64,000 nucleotides of DNA from Bacteroidia bacterium (GCA_039924845.1 JBDTAC010000054.1:41308-105307); one strand, 5' to 3'; shown: positions 29,201 through 38,862, numbered from the stretch's first letter. Notes: a model not told the origin generated them from the sequence alone. Made by a program: numbers and translations.

Positions 29201-29426
29201 AATCTTCCGAGCCATCCACAATATCTGTGGAATCATTCAACGTCGCTTTTATTTTATAATACACATATTGCTGCCAATAATCAGCAGACGGTTTTTTATT
29301 TTTCCAGTAATAAGGATTTTCCGACGTTCGATACGTGTTGGGCGGAAAAGAAAAATTTGTTTGCGAATGTATTTTCGGTAAAAAAAGAAGTAGTAAAAAA
29401 AGCGATAGTAAAAATATTTTTTTCAT
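26223..29426 (-). CDS. M1-family (gluzincin) metallopeptidase domain fused to a ~450-aa C-terminal domain that ends like an outer-membrane beta-barrel
   Basis: Signal peptide, then HEISHNWFFAMVSNNETYRAALDE, i.e. HExxH-(18 residues)-E, the M1 zinc signature. The long C-terminal extension is rich in alternating aromatic/polar stretches and ends ...FRWIIAVERAF, with a terminal Phe as in OMP barrels. Confidence 0.7.
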   Translation of the reverse strand: MKKIFLLSLFLLLLFLPKIHSQTNFSFPPNTYRTSENPYYWKNKKPSADYWQQYVYYKIKATLNDSTDIVDGSEDLTYWNNSPDTLAFVFFHLYQDAFQPNSYYANLSKNNGQKLSFGRYEKEKLGLVVSKITINGIELKTETDNTIMKALLLTPLKTGGSVTFHIEFKTYFDHGTMRRRMKSFNAFGYKQYDLVHWYPRIAVYDRKFGWQTDQHLGHEFYGDFGTFDAEISFPNNYIVGATGTLLNEKEMYPGDLREKLDIKNFKDKPWESAPSEIIKPDGTYKTWKFHAENVFDFALVADPTFRIGEVDWHGIKCIALAQEQHASGWQNAAEFTAKVIQTNSESIGMYAYPKMIVADARDGMEYPMLTLDGGFDPSYRSLLAHEISHNWFFAMVSNNETYRAALDEGFTQFMTSWDLEHIDGLHDIQNPEKSAYVNRYRDSTLVRNTNVYNGYMFNNIFGFPVTLNTHSDDFNGAVAHGGGYSQVYFKTATMLYNLQYVLGDSLFLKAMQHYFNQWKFCHPYLMDFRNSVINYTHVDLNWFFDEWMTTTKTIDYAVSSVKKGKSPNQYIITFKRKGEMQMPIDFDVINNNDSVFHFYIPNTWFTKKTKAIVLKHWIGWGTKIEPTYQATVTIPNGIADVQIDPSHRLADVYMLDNSYKKPVKSAFDSKIYNTPDWTKYTFLARPDAWYNNYDGLKAGLHLHGDYLNYYHVFDATFWFNTGMFQRQVSDSGINKFDKISFTLSYKTATDNFMPHSDVFLSAKVLDGLNAAKIGFEKKDNSLKNRVYVYFKTMYRPSEYSLNYLLDPQEWEVQKFNNTLNFGIEHTYNTHGYSGTIIAELKASALTNDYNYSNLNITNINKKNIWKLKLLTRLIAQYGMGTNTPDESALYLAGANPEEMMDDKFTRSAGAFSQSMAGFGSSMGPFQAGGGLNLRGYADYLAPEMDKNGNIVYTYKGTSGAAVNAELEFNNVVKFNPRFLKNYFHLATYLFGDAGFINDNEIQNTLAFGNLRADAGVGTALTIQRWGPLQTVYPLTIRFDMPLFLNHPPATDQGFFQFRWIIAVERAF

Positions 29427-29554
29427 AGAAGAATTAGCTAACGGTTAATGTTATGCGAAAATAAGCAAATCTGCGAAATGAATTTTAGATTGGAAGAATT
29501 AGGCTTCAAAAAAATAATTTTTCAAACGAGAATTTAGTATGTCAAAAAAAGCTA

Positions 29555-30481
29555 CTAATTGGACATTTTAGCATTTCCGTGTTTGGCATGGCTGATACTG
29601 GCGTTGAGTTCAAATCCCAACAAAATATTTATAGAATTAAAATAAATCCACATCATAATCACAATCAGCGTCCCGATGGAGCCATAGAGTTTATTGTATT
29701 TCCCAAAATTATTCACATAATAGGTAAATCCGATACTCGTAACAATACATAAAAAAGTAGCGAAAGTAGCTCCAGCACTAATAAACCTCCATTTTTTATT
29801 GTTCGCCGGACCTAAAAAATAGGTGAGCGAAATCAGTAAAAAAAACAAAATAAAAACAATTATCCATTGCCCAATTTTGATAAGATAAAATGCCAAAGCA
29901 CGCTGAAAATGGAGTTTATGGAGTAGAAAAACGGTGAATACAATCAATGCAATTGCAATAAAAATAATAATGGATTGAACGATAAAAAGAAACAATGCAA
30001 CCAAACGCTGCATCAAAAAACTACGTGTTTCTGTAATTAAATAGCTGGTGTTAAAAGCGGTAATCATTGCATTTACTCCGTTGGTAGAAAAATAAAGCGT
30101 CGCAAAAAAGCCAAACGAAAGCAATCCACTGTGATGATGTTTGACAATATCCGTAATGGTTGCCTGAGTTGCTTTGAAAGCATCCGTCGGAAGAATATCT
30201 TGTAAAATGTCAATTAAATTATCCTGAAAATGAGCAATGGGAACGTAAGGAATGAGCGTGAAAATAAAAATGATAGAAGGAAAAATCGCTAAAAAAAAAT
30301 TAAACGCAATGGAAGAAGCGCGCGTAGTGATGTATCCTTTTTGAATACTTTTAAAAAAGAAAAGTAATACTTTGTACAACGGGATTCCTTCAAAACCGGG
30401 CAGTACAACTTTTTTTAGATAAAAAATAAGCGCTTCGCTTAGTGGGTGTTTGCGTAAATAAAATTCAATTTTTTTTAGCAT
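29555..30481 (-). CDS. YihY/virulence factor BrkB-family inner membrane protein
   Basis: RASSIAFNFFLAIFPSIIF motif and 6-TM topology typical of YihY/BrkB. Confidence 0.8.
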   Translation of the reverse strand: MLKKIEFYLRKHPLSEALIFYLKKVVLPGFEGIPLYKVLLFFFKSIQKGYITTRASSIAFNFFLAIFPSIIFIFTLIPYVPIAHFQDNLIDILQDILPTDAFKATQATITDIVKHHHSGLLSFGFFATLYFSTNGVNAMITAFNTSYLITETRSFLMQRLVALFLFIVQSIIIFIAIALIVFTVFLLHKLHFQRALAFYLIKIGQWIIVFILFFLLISLTYFLGPANNKKWRFISAGATFATFLCIVTSIGFTYYVNNFGKYNKLYGSIGTLIVIMMWIYFNSINILLGFELNASISHAKHGNAKMSN

Positions 30482-30482
30482 A

Positions 30483-31349
30483 TTAAATCGCCTTGAGGCT
30501 CATGTCAAGACTTTTTACACTGTGTGTTAGTGCGCCTACCGAAATAAAATCAACACCACAAAGCGCATAGCTGCGAATGTTTTTTTCTGTAATTCCGCCT
30601 GAAGCTTCGGTTTCAAATTTCCCATTAATTAATTTTACAGCTTTTTTTAAATCAACAATGGAAAAATTATCCAACATGATTCGGTCAATTCCTCCTGCGG
30701 AAATTATTTTTTTAACCTCTTTTAAATCGCGCGCCTCTACTTCAATTTTTAATTTCTTCTTGTTTTTTTTCAGATATAAATGCGTTGCCTTTATCGCTTT
30801 TTCAATACCTCCGGCATAATCCAGATGATTGTCTTTGAGCATAATCATATCGTATAAACCCATCCGATGATTATCTCCGCCACCAATTACAACCGCCCAT
30901 TTTTCCATAAAACGTAAGCCCGGACTTGTTTTTCTTGTATCAATAATGGTTGATTTTGTTCCTTTGCATTTTATTTTTAATTGATGTGTTGCTGTCGCAA
31001 TACCGCTCATACGTTGCATACAATTAAGTACCAATCGTTCTGTTTTTAATATAGAATGGACGCTTCCTTCCACAATAAAAGCAATATCGCCTTTCCTAAC
31101 AGCAGTTCCATCCGAAATGTGTTCTTTAAAAAAAAAGTTTTTATCCGCTGTTTGAAAAATTATTTTTGCGAGCGCTACTCCAGCTAAAATTCCGTTTTCT
31201 TTAATTAGAAGATGTGCTTTCCCTTTAGCAGAAAGCGGAATACTCGCTAAAGAAGAATGGTCTCCATCGCCAATATCTTCTCGCAAGGCATTTTTTATAA
31301 AAGAAATTAATTTTTTTTCGGAAATGGGCAAATGCTTAGTTGTCCTCAA
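30483..31349 (-). CDS. nadC: Nicotinate-nucleotide pyrophosphorylase (quinolinate phosphoribosyltransferase)
   Basis: QPRTase motifs (RMGLYDMIMLKDNH; DRIMLDNFS; GGIT). 288 aa. Confidence 0.9.
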   Translation of the reverse strand: MRTTKHLPISEKKLISFIKNALREDIGDGDHSSLASIPLSAKGKAHLLIKENGILAGVALAKIIFQTADKNFFFKEHISDGTAVRKGDIAFIVEGSVHSILKTERLVLNCMQRMSGIATATHQLKIKCKGTKSTIIDTRKTSPGLRFMEKWAVVIGGGDNHRMGLYDMIMLKDNHLDYAGGIEKAIKATHLYLKKNKKKLKIEVEARDLKEVKKIISAGGIDRIMLDNFSIVDLKKAVKLINGKFETEASGGITEKNIRSYALCGVDFISVGALTHSVKSLDMSLKAI

Positions 31350-31725
31350 GATCGATGTGGAATTGTTGAATGTAAAATTTGTTGTTTACTTTATTCAATA
31401 AAAAATAGGTTCTGTATTTGCCGTGCGATGTGATAAGTGTGCCAATAATGTATTGCGAATCTACTTTCACGCTACTTTTGTGCACTACTACAAATGATTT
31501 AACGCTGTGTTTCGCGAAAAAATCTTTAATAATTAATTCTGCCTGCGATTTGCTGTAAACTCCTTCTTGTTCTAATATTTTCAAATCTACACTGCTATTA
31601 AAAAAGGCAGAAATTTTCTGAGCATTTCCTTCTTTTACTGCTGCATTTACTTCATCTGCGGTATCTGCATAAGCGCCAATTCCTGATACAAAGAGCAGAA
31701 ACATCGCTAAAATTATTTTTTTCAT
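31336..31725 (-). CDS. DUF4783-like secreted protein
   Basis: Signal peptide MKKIILAMFLLFVSGIGAYA, ~130 aa, co-operonic with nadC (14-nt overlap) as commonly seen in Bacteroidota. The family assignment is from memory of this arrangement. Confidence 0.45.
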   Translation of the reverse strand: MKKIILAMFLLFVSGIGAYADTADEVNAAVKEGNAQKISAFFNSSVDLKILEQEGVYSKSQAELIIKDFFAKHSVKSFVVVHKSSVKVDSQYIIGTLITSHGKYRTYFLLNKVNNKFYIQQFHIDLEDN

Positions 31726-31841
31726 TTTTTCATATTTTTTGATATTTATAAGCAATAATCAAGCCAAAAATTCAAAAATAAAATACCTTTGTTCTTGTAT
31801 TCATTTTGCAAAAGTAAGATTTTTATTTTTTAACTACTCGA

Positions 31842-32315
31842 ATGAAAATTACATTTATCGCTATCGGAAAAACAACCGACGAATATATCAAAACAGGATT
31901 TCAATTGTATGAAAACCGTTTGAAACACTATTTGAATTTTGATTTTAAAATTTTACCTGAATTAAAAAATACAAAAAATGTTAGTTTAACAGAACAAAAA
32001 AAAGCAGAAGGGAATTTATTGCTCAAAGAACTCAAACCGACTGATTTATTAATACTTTTAGACGAAAAAGGGAAATCGTTTAGCTCAGTCGAATTTTCCA
32101 CTTACCTTCAACAAACCATGAATAAAGGATTTAAGAATGTGGTATTTGCTATTGGTGGACCTTACGGATTTTCGGATGAAGTGTATGCAAAGGCGAGTGA
32201 CAAAATTGCTTTATCACGTATGACTTTTTCGCATCAAATGGTGCGATTGATTTTTGCAGAACAACTATACAGAGCCATGACCATTCTTAAAAAAGAACCT
32301 TATCATCATATTTGA
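31842..32315 (+). CDS. rlmH: 23S rRNA (pseudouridine1915-N3)-methyltransferase
   Basis: MKITFIAIGKT...ILLDEKGK...FAIGGPYGF, the SPOUT RlmH pattern. 157 aa. Confidence 0.9.
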   Translation: MKITFIAIGKTTDEYIKTGFQLYENRLKHYLNFDFKILPELKNTKNVSLTEQKKAEGNLLLKELKPTDLLILLDEKGKSFSSVEFSTYLQQTMNKGFKNVVFAIGGPYGFSDEVYAKASDKIALSRMTFSHQMVRLIFAEQLYRAMTILKKEPYHHI

Positions 32316-32321
32316 TTTTTT

Positions 32322-33680
32322 ATGAATGAGATAAAAAATACGGCATACATCGAGAATCTTGAATTCACGCAGTATCTACTATTTGCGATATCTGTATTTT
32401 TTATTTTTCTGATTTCATGGTTGATACAAAAACGGAAAATAAAAACCAACCCTCTTTACAAATATTATACAAGAGGGGTGATGACAAAAATTTTTGGAGC
32501 TTTCGTTTTTTGCATGGTGTACATTTTTTATTACCACGGTGGAGATACGATTTCTTATTTTGAAACATCCCGAGCTTTAACAAATTTGATGGTGCAAAAT
32601 CCGAATGATTTTTTAACTGTAATTAGCCAAAAAGCAAGTATTGAAAATTATTATTTATTTGATGGTCATACAACTGGATATCCTTGGCCTTATATGTATT
32701 ACGACTCGAAAACCTTTTTTGTAGCTAAATTATTGGTTCCGTTTCTATTTATATCTTTTAAAAGCTATTTGCTTGCCAGCGTCCTATTAGCTTGGGCTTC
32801 CTTTGTAGGTATTTGGAAAATGTTTTTAATGTTCGGGAAATTATATCAAGAAATATCTGTTCAATTAGCCATTGCAGTTTTATTTATTCCTTCCGTTGTT
32901 TTTTGGGGATCAGGGATTTTAAAAGATACGATAACGCTATCTGCTTCCTGTTGGTTTATTTATGCTTTATACAATTCTCTCATCATAAAAAATAAACGAG
33001 CTAAAAATTTTTTCATATTATTTTTAAGTGGCTATGTGATTTTTGCCATCAAGCCATATATTTTATTTGCCTTGCTTCCAGGTGGTTTAGTATGGATTAT
33101 CTACGCACGTATTTTAAAAATTAAAAATAAATTTTTCAGATACTCTGTTATTCCCTTGATATATTTGATAAGTTTTGGAGGCGGATACGCCCTTTTAAAT
33201 TCAATGAAAAACTCTATGAGCATTTCCGGCTTATTGGAAGAAGCATCTGTGAAACAAAACGATTTAAAAAGCACTGATTACGAAGGACATTCATTTGATA
33301 TTGGAAGTTATGATCCCTCAATAGCAGGAGCTTTGAAAGCTTCTCCGGCTGCAATTGTTGCAGGATTGTACCGACCATTTATTTGGGAATCAAGAACTGT
33401 AATGATGTTATTATCTGCACTGGAAAACACGGTTTATCTCGGATTAACCTTGTGGATATTACTACGTATCAATGTGTTTCGCTTGTTACGTATTATTCTC
33501 GATAATCCTTTGATACTTTTTTGTTTATCTTATGTTTTATTTTTCGCACTAATAGTGGGTTTGTCCACTTCTAATTTTGGCTCCTTGGTGCGATTTAAAA
33601 TTGCCTACGCTCCCGAATTTTTAAGCGCATTATTCATCATAAATTATTTTAGAAAAGAGAAACGGAAGCTAAAAAACTAA
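32322..33680 (+). CDS. Hypothetical polytopic membrane protein (>=10 predicted TM helices)
   Basis: 452 aa, highly hydrophobic, with no recognisable catalytic motif. It borders the polysaccharide locus. Confidence 0.45.
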   Translation: MNEIKNTAYIENLEFTQYLLFAISVFFIFLISWLIQKRKIKTNPLYKYYTRGVMTKIFGAFVFCMVYIFYYHGGDTISYFETSRALTNLMVQNPNDFLTVISQKASIENYYLFDGHTTGYPWPYMYYDSKTFFVAKLLVPFLFISFKSYLLASVLLAWASFVGIWKMFLMFGKLYQEISVQLAIAVLFIPSVVFWGSGILKDTITLSASCWFIYALYNSLIIKNKRAKNFFILFLSGYVIFAIKPYILFALLPGGLVWIIYARILKIKNKFFRYSVIPLIYLISFGGGYALLNSMKNSMSISGLLEEASVKQNDLKSTDYEGHSFDIGSYDPSIAGALKASPAAIVAGLYRPFIWESRTVMMLLSALENTVYLGLTLWILLRINVFRLLRIILDNPLILFCLSYVLFFALIVGLSTSNFGSLVRFKIAYAPEFLSALFIINYFRKEKRKLKN

Positions 33681-34549
33681 ATCTTTTTTTCGTAAAATCC
33701 TTTGATGCTGTCACCCATTTTAAAAAGAGACAACAATGTGTTGATCGAATTTTTTATCACTTTCAAAAGTATATTCTGTTCTATTTTACCTCGTAATTCC
33801 TGATCTTCATCAACTTGGGCATTCGAAAAATTATTTTTTTGAATGCTTTTTTTAAAGCGTTTTATACTGATTCCAGTTGTGTCTAATTTTATTTTCCGAA
33901 AATTATTTTTTTGAAAAAATACATTAATCGTTTTGGGTGTGTAATACGAAAGATGTTCGGGATACTCTATCACATTCCAATTCTGTTTTAAAACCAATCG
34001 ACTTATCGAATTAAAATTAGGCGTTGTAAAATAAAAAAGTCCGCCAAGCCTCAGAATTTCACGAATATTTTCCAGTTCACTTTGCGGATTATTGATATGC
34101 TCAATCACTTCAAAAGAAGTAATCACATCAAAATTATCTTTGGAATAATTGGCAGAATTTAAAATTCCTTGATGGATTGTAATTCCTTTTTTTACACAAG
34201 TTTCCATCGCTTCATCCGTAAATTCAGTACCGAAAGTTTGCCAACCTCTTTTTTTAGCGACTTCCAAAAAATAACCATCTCCGCAACCGATGTCTAATAT
34301 TTTATTTGTTTTTCGATATTTTTCAAACGCGTCAAGTAATTCTTCGTAACGCTTTATCGTAATGGCAGAAATCTCTCCACCACGTTTATATTTTTGATAA
34401 TGTGCAATAAGTTCAGTTGTTTCAGGAATACGTTTTCCGAAAACAAAATTACATTTTTGGCATTGCACCAAATACGCATGTTGGTAATTTTCCAATTCTA
34501 CCAAACAATCGGAATTGCATAACAAACAAGCAGAATGAGTTGCGTACAT
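33677..34549 (-). CDS. Class I SAM-dependent methyltransferase with an N-terminal Cys4 zinc-ribbon
   Basis: CLLCNSDC...CQKCNF ribbon and motif I ILDIGCGDGYF. Confidence 0.75.
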   Translation of the reverse strand: MYATHSACLLCNSDCLVELENYQHAYLVQCQKCNFVFGKRIPETTELIAHYQKYKRGGEISAITIKRYEELLDAFEKYRKTNKILDIGCGDGYFLEVAKKRGWQTFGTEFTDEAMETCVKKGITIHQGILNSANYSKDNFDVITSFEVIEHINNPQSELENIREILRLGGLFYFTTPNFNSISRLVLKQNWNVIEYPEHLSYYTPKTINVFFQKNNFRKIKLDTTGISIKRFKKSIQKNNFSNAQVDEDQELRGKIEQNILLKVIKNSINTLLSLFKMGDSIKGFYEKKI

Positions 34550-34553
34550 TTTA

Positions 34554-35579
34554 TTATTCAGCTAAATTTTGTTCCCATTTCCAAGCCGTTTCCATCATCG
34601 CATCCAAATCGAATTTCGGTTTCCAACCCAATTCTTTTTCTGATTTCGAAGTGTCGGAATAAATCGCTTCTACATCGCCATCACGCCTTTCGCCCATTTC
34701 AAAATTTAATTTTTTACCACTTATTTTTTCAAAAGAATGAATGGCTTCCAAAACACTTACGCCATTTCCTGTTCCTAAATTATAGGTGGAAAAATTTTCA
34801 GAAATGTCATCGGAAATTATTTTTTTCAACGCAATAACATGAGCCGAAGCAATATCGCAAACATGCACGTAATCACGAATACACGTTCCATCACGCGTTG
34901 GATAATCGTGTCCGAAAACAATCATTTTTTTTATCTTTCCGATAGCCGTTTGCGTAATTACAGGAACCAAATTATTGGGCTTGTTAATCGGAAATTCTCC
35001 AATTAAAGCGGATTTATGTGCGCCCACCGGATTAAAATAACGTAAAGCAATTACTTGAAGTCCTTTATTGGCAATAGTATAATCGCGTAAAATAGTTTCA
35101 CCAATTTGTTTCGTGTAAGCATAAGGAGATTCCGCTTTTCCGAGTAGTGTGGTTTCTTGAACAGGCAGTTTATCAATATTTCCATAAACAGAACAAGAAG
35201 AAGAAAAAATAATTTTTTCGATATTGAATTTGTTGGCAGCATTTAAAATACTGAGTAAGGAATTAATATTATTGTGATAATATTTTGCCGGATTTTCAAC
35301 CGATTCAGGAACCGATTTAAAAGCGGCAAAATGAATGATACCAATAATATTTTTTTCAGTTTCAAAAACTTTTTCTACTTCCGATTGATTGCATAAATCA
35401 ATGTTGTAATTTTTTACTTTTTTGCCCGTAATTTTCTCAATTCGATCAAAAGTTATTGCGGATGAATTGGAAAAATTATCTATTGAAATCACTTCAAAAT
35501 TAGTATTTTCGAGTAACTCAATAATCGTGTGCGAACCAATATAACCCGCACCTCCCGTAACAATTATTTTAGATTCCAT
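34554..35579 (-). CDS. galE: UDP-glucose 4-epimerase (SDR family)
   Basis: VTGGAGYIGSH Rossmann motif and the catalytic YAYTK (YxxxK). Confidence 0.85.
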   Translation of the reverse strand: MESKIIVTGGAGYIGSHTIIELLENTNFEVISIDNFSNSSAITFDRIEKITGKKVKNYNIDLCNQSEVEKVFETEKNIIGIIHFAAFKSVPESVENPAKYYHNNINSLLSILNAANKFNIEKIIFSSSCSVYGNIDKLPVQETTLLGKAESPYAYTKQIGETILRDYTIANKGLQVIALRYFNPVGAHKSALIGEFPINKPNNLVPVITQTAIGKIKKMIVFGHDYPTRDGTCIRDYVHVCDIASAHVIALKKIISDDISENFSTYNLGTGNGVSVLEAIHSFEKISGKKLNFEMGERRDGDVEAIYSDTSKSEKELGWKPKFDLDAMMETAWKWEQNLAE

Positions 35580-36771
35580 AAATTTGTTTATACACTTTTT
35601 CAGCGATTTCAAAATTACGATACTTTTCGGCAATCGGTCTAATTTTATTATACAACTCGTTTCGCGAATTATTTTTCAATAAAGCATCTATTTCTTTAAT
35701 TGATTTTAGATACGCTTCTGGATTTAGTTCTTCCAACACACTCCCAATTTTATTTTCACGAATAATATCTGAATCTTCCGAAATATTTTTTGTAATGACA
35801 ATCGGCAAACCTAAAGCCCAATATTCACCATCTTTTATAGGAGTGCAATATTTTTTTGTCGACACTGATTTTACAGGAGTGATAGCGAAATCAGCCAATC
35901 CAATATAATTAGGAATTTGTTTATGTGGAACAAATTGGTGTACAATTGTTTCCTTTTGTAATCCTGATTTTTCAATCATGGTATTAATTTCATCTTTACT
36001 TTGCGATGAAAGCAATAGCACTCGAAAATTATTTTTCCAGTAATTTTCTGCCACTTTAAAAAAATCAAACACTTCATTTTCTAAATAAATTCCACCAAAT
36101 TTCCCAGCATAAACACATACTATTTTATTTTTAAAATTTAAATCATTTAGTAATTTTTCATTTTTGATATTTTTGTCGGAAAACATATATAAATCAACAC
36201 AAGCAGGCTTCACGAAAAAATTATCTTTTTGATAATTGTATTTTTCTTTCGCATATTTTTTCATCTCTTCTGTAGCTGAAATTAAATACAATGCACGATT
36301 TGCTTGTAACTTCTCGAGTTTAAAAAGTAACTTAAAGGCAATACTACTTTTTTTCCAAGAGCCATTTTCGACCATCGCTTCCGCATGTGGTTCAAAACTA
36401 TCAATAATTAATTTTGTTCCTGTCAAAACAGATAATATATATCCCATTCCTCCAGCGGGAGTGCACCAAGCATGGATAATAGAAATTTTTTGTTCGCGAA
36501 TTAATAGAATTAATTGGAATACTGTTCTTATCCACATAATTAATCCTCGCCAGCCTAAAGGCTGGTATAAAATACTGATATTTTCAATATTATTTTCTGT
36601 CCGAGTTGTTTCTTTTTGAGATTTTTTTTTATCAAGTGTAACTAAAAATAATTTGTTTTCGGAGGAAATTTGTTCAGCAATTATTCTCACATAAGGAAGC
36701 GTATAAGTTTGTATCAAAGCATCTTGATAATCCCAATAAGTTAGAATTAAAATATTTTTTTTCGGAATCAA
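35569..36771 (-). CDS. Glycosyltransferase, GT4/GT1-like (GT-B fold)
   Basis: 400 aa with two Rossmann-like halves and a C-terminal nucleotide-sugar-binding region typical of GT4. Confidence 0.75.
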   Translation of the reverse strand: MIPKKNILILTYWDYQDALIQTYTLPYVRIIAEQISSENKLFLVTLDKKKSQKETTRTENNIENISILYQPLGWRGLIMWIRTVFQLILLIREQKISIIHAWCTPAGGMGYILSVLTGTKLIIDSFEPHAEAMVENGSWKKSSIAFKLLFKLEKLQANRALYLISATEEMKKYAKEKYNYQKDNFFVKPACVDLYMFSDKNIKNEKLLNDLNFKNKIVCVYAGKFGGIYLENEVFDFFKVAENYWKNNFRVLLLSSQSKDEINTMIEKSGLQKETIVHQFVPHKQIPNYIGLADFAITPVKSVSTKKYCTPIKDGEYWALGLPIVITKNISEDSDIIRENKIGSVLEELNPEAYLKSIKEIDALLKNNSRNELYNKIRPIAEKYRNFEIAEKVYKQIYGI

Positions 36772-37658
36772 AATACCAAATGTTTTAGTATTGCAAAAAA
36801 ACGTCTCGAAAAAATAATTTTCTGATTAACTTTTATTCCTTTTAATAAATAATAGATAGCAGTTATTTTATTTTTTTTCACAAGTGCTAAATGTAAGGCA
36901 ACATAGGTATAACAGCTCGATTTGAATTTATGCAAATCATTTTTATAATACGAAACGATTTCTGAATTCTGTAAAACCATTTTCATAAATAAGTCTATTC
37001 TTTCTATTAATTTATTTTTATCGGTTTGTAAAACGCTGCGCTCATCGTGATTAATAATAGCAGAAGTAATAACATTGTTGCAATGTATTTTGTATTTACA
37101 AGCTAAACGCAGCCATAATTCCCAATCTTCCATGACAGCTAATTCTCTATCTTCACTAAATAAATTTTGTTGTGCAATTCCTTTTCGCAAAAAAACGCCT
37201 TGACAACTCATTAAATTACCTTCAATTAATTTTGTGTTGATATTACCCTCACACACAGGCATTTTTCGAATAACATCTCCATTTGTTTTTTTTATTTCGT
37301 AACGAAGATGAATAATTTCAGGAAAATTATTTTTTCTAATGATTTCGTTCGCAACCTCTAAATGGTTGGGATAAAAAACATCGTCTGAATCTAGAAAAGT
37401 GATATAATTTCCTTTTGCCAATTTTGTTCCAAAATTTCTTGCTGCGCCGCGCTCTGCGTTTGATTTTTTATAATATACAATTCTTTTGCTGTTGATCGAT
37501 TTTATAATTTCTTCGGTATTGTCGGTACTGCCATCATCAACAACAATAATTTCATAATAAGCATAAGTTTGTTCAAGTGTACTTTTTAAAGTGTTTTCAA
37601 TTAAATGCGCTCGATTATAAGTAGGGATAATTACTGTAAAAAAAATATTATTCTCCAT
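36768..37658 (-). CDS. Glycosyltransferase family 2
   Basis: N-terminal TVIIPTYNRAHLIENTLKS...VVDDGSTDNT; DxD present (DSDD). Confidence 0.85.
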   Translation of the reverse strand: MENNIFFTVIIPTYNRAHLIENTLKSTLEQTYAYYEIIVVDDGSTDNTEEIIKSINSKRIVYYKKSNAERGAARNFGTKLAKGNYITFLDSDDVFYPNHLEVANEIIRKNNFPEIIHLRYEIKKTNGDVIRKMPVCEGNINTKLIEGNLMSCQGVFLRKGIAQQNLFSEDRELAVMEDWELWLRLACKYKIHCNNVITSAIINHDERSVLQTDKNKLIERIDLFMKMVLQNSEIVSYYKNDLHKFKSSCYTYVALHLALVKKNKITAIYYLLKGIKVNQKIIFSRRFFAILKHLVF

Positions 37659-38763
37659 AAAGCTTTTCTAATTTAGTAATCATTACATCCATCGAAAATA
37701 TTTTTTTTATACTTTTTTTTCCTTCTTCAATTATTTTTTCTTTTAAGGGTAAATTTTCTATCAGTTGTATTATATTCGTTGCAATTTGTTCTGAATTTTT
37801 AAATGGAACAACAAGTGCGTTTTCATTGTGTTTTATATAATCAGCTGCAATGCCTGACAATGACACAACCGATGGAACTCCTGCCGCCATTGTTTCAATA
37901 TATACTTGTCCGAAGGCTTCACTTTTTTCATCGATCGGAGCATGAACAAAAATATCAAAGAGTTGGTAGAGCGCGAATATATCTTCTTCAAAATTTATTT
38001 CTGTGTAATTATTTTTTGGTAGCTCGCTTAATAATGTTTCAATTTCATTTTTATACGGACCGCCTGCATTTGCCAATACCAAATGTGCATTGGGATATAT
38101 TTCAATTATTTTTTTAAATGCGGGAATAATATATTGGATTCCTTTCCAATGAATGTACCTTGAAATTACTCCAATTACGGGAGATTTCGGTTTCAAACTA
38201 AAATTTCGCGCAATTACATTTTCAATTCTCTCTTGCGAAATATTTTCAAATTCTTCTAATTGGAATCCGTGATGTATCAATATTATTTTACTTGGATTCA
38301 CATGTTCCATTTCTACCAAAATGTTTTTTACATTTTCGCTAATGGCGATAATATCAGTAGAAATTGAATTGATGTATTTATCGTATTTAACTGCTTGTGG
38401 ATGATATTGATGATGAATGGTTGCGTTGTGCCGCGTGTGAATTCTTTTTTTTATGCCCAATATTTTTGCCGCAGTAAGGCCAACAATGCACGCATCAAAT
38501 AAATGACAATGAACAATATCTATTTTTTTCTGCTTTAATATTCTCATTATTTTAAAAATAGCAAGCGGAATATCATTTTTGTTTTTATAATTTACACGAA
38601 ACGTAGGAATATCTTTTTTGATTAAAAAATTTTCTAAAGGCGAATTTTGATTATTTAAAAGTATAAAAAAAAGTTCAAACTTAGATGAATCAATATCCTC
38701 AGCAATCCATTCAAAAGCAACGGATTTATTGACAGAGGAAATTATGTAAGCTATTTTTTTCAA
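37648..38763 (-). CDS. Glycosyltransferase, GT4-like
   Basis: 371 aa GT-B architecture with the C-terminal EX7E-like region (AFGQVYIETMAAGVP). Confidence 0.75.
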   Translation of the reverse strand: MKKIAYIISSVNKSVAFEWIAEDIDSSKFELFFILLNNQNSPLENFLIKKDIPTFRVNYKNKNDIPLAIFKIMRILKQKKIDIVHCHLFDACIVGLTAAKILGIKKRIHTRHNATIHHQYHPQAVKYDKYINSISTDIIAISENVKNILVEMEHVNPSKIILIHHGFQLEEFENISQERIENVIARNFSLKPKSPVIGVISRYIHWKGIQYIIPAFKKIIEIYPNAHLVLANAGGPYKNEIETLLSELPKNNYTEINFEEDIFALYQLFDIFVHAPIDEKSEAFGQVYIETMAAGVPSVVSLSGIAADYIKHNENALVVPFKNSEQIATNIIQLIENLPLKEKIIEEGKKSIKKIFSMDVMITKLEKLYGE

Positions 38764-38862
38764 ACTTAGTTTGGTGTCAAAATTCTATATGATAATTAAA
38801 AAAGTTGATGTAATTTATTTTTCGTTTCAGAATTATAAATGGTTAATTTAAGAGTTCCTATT

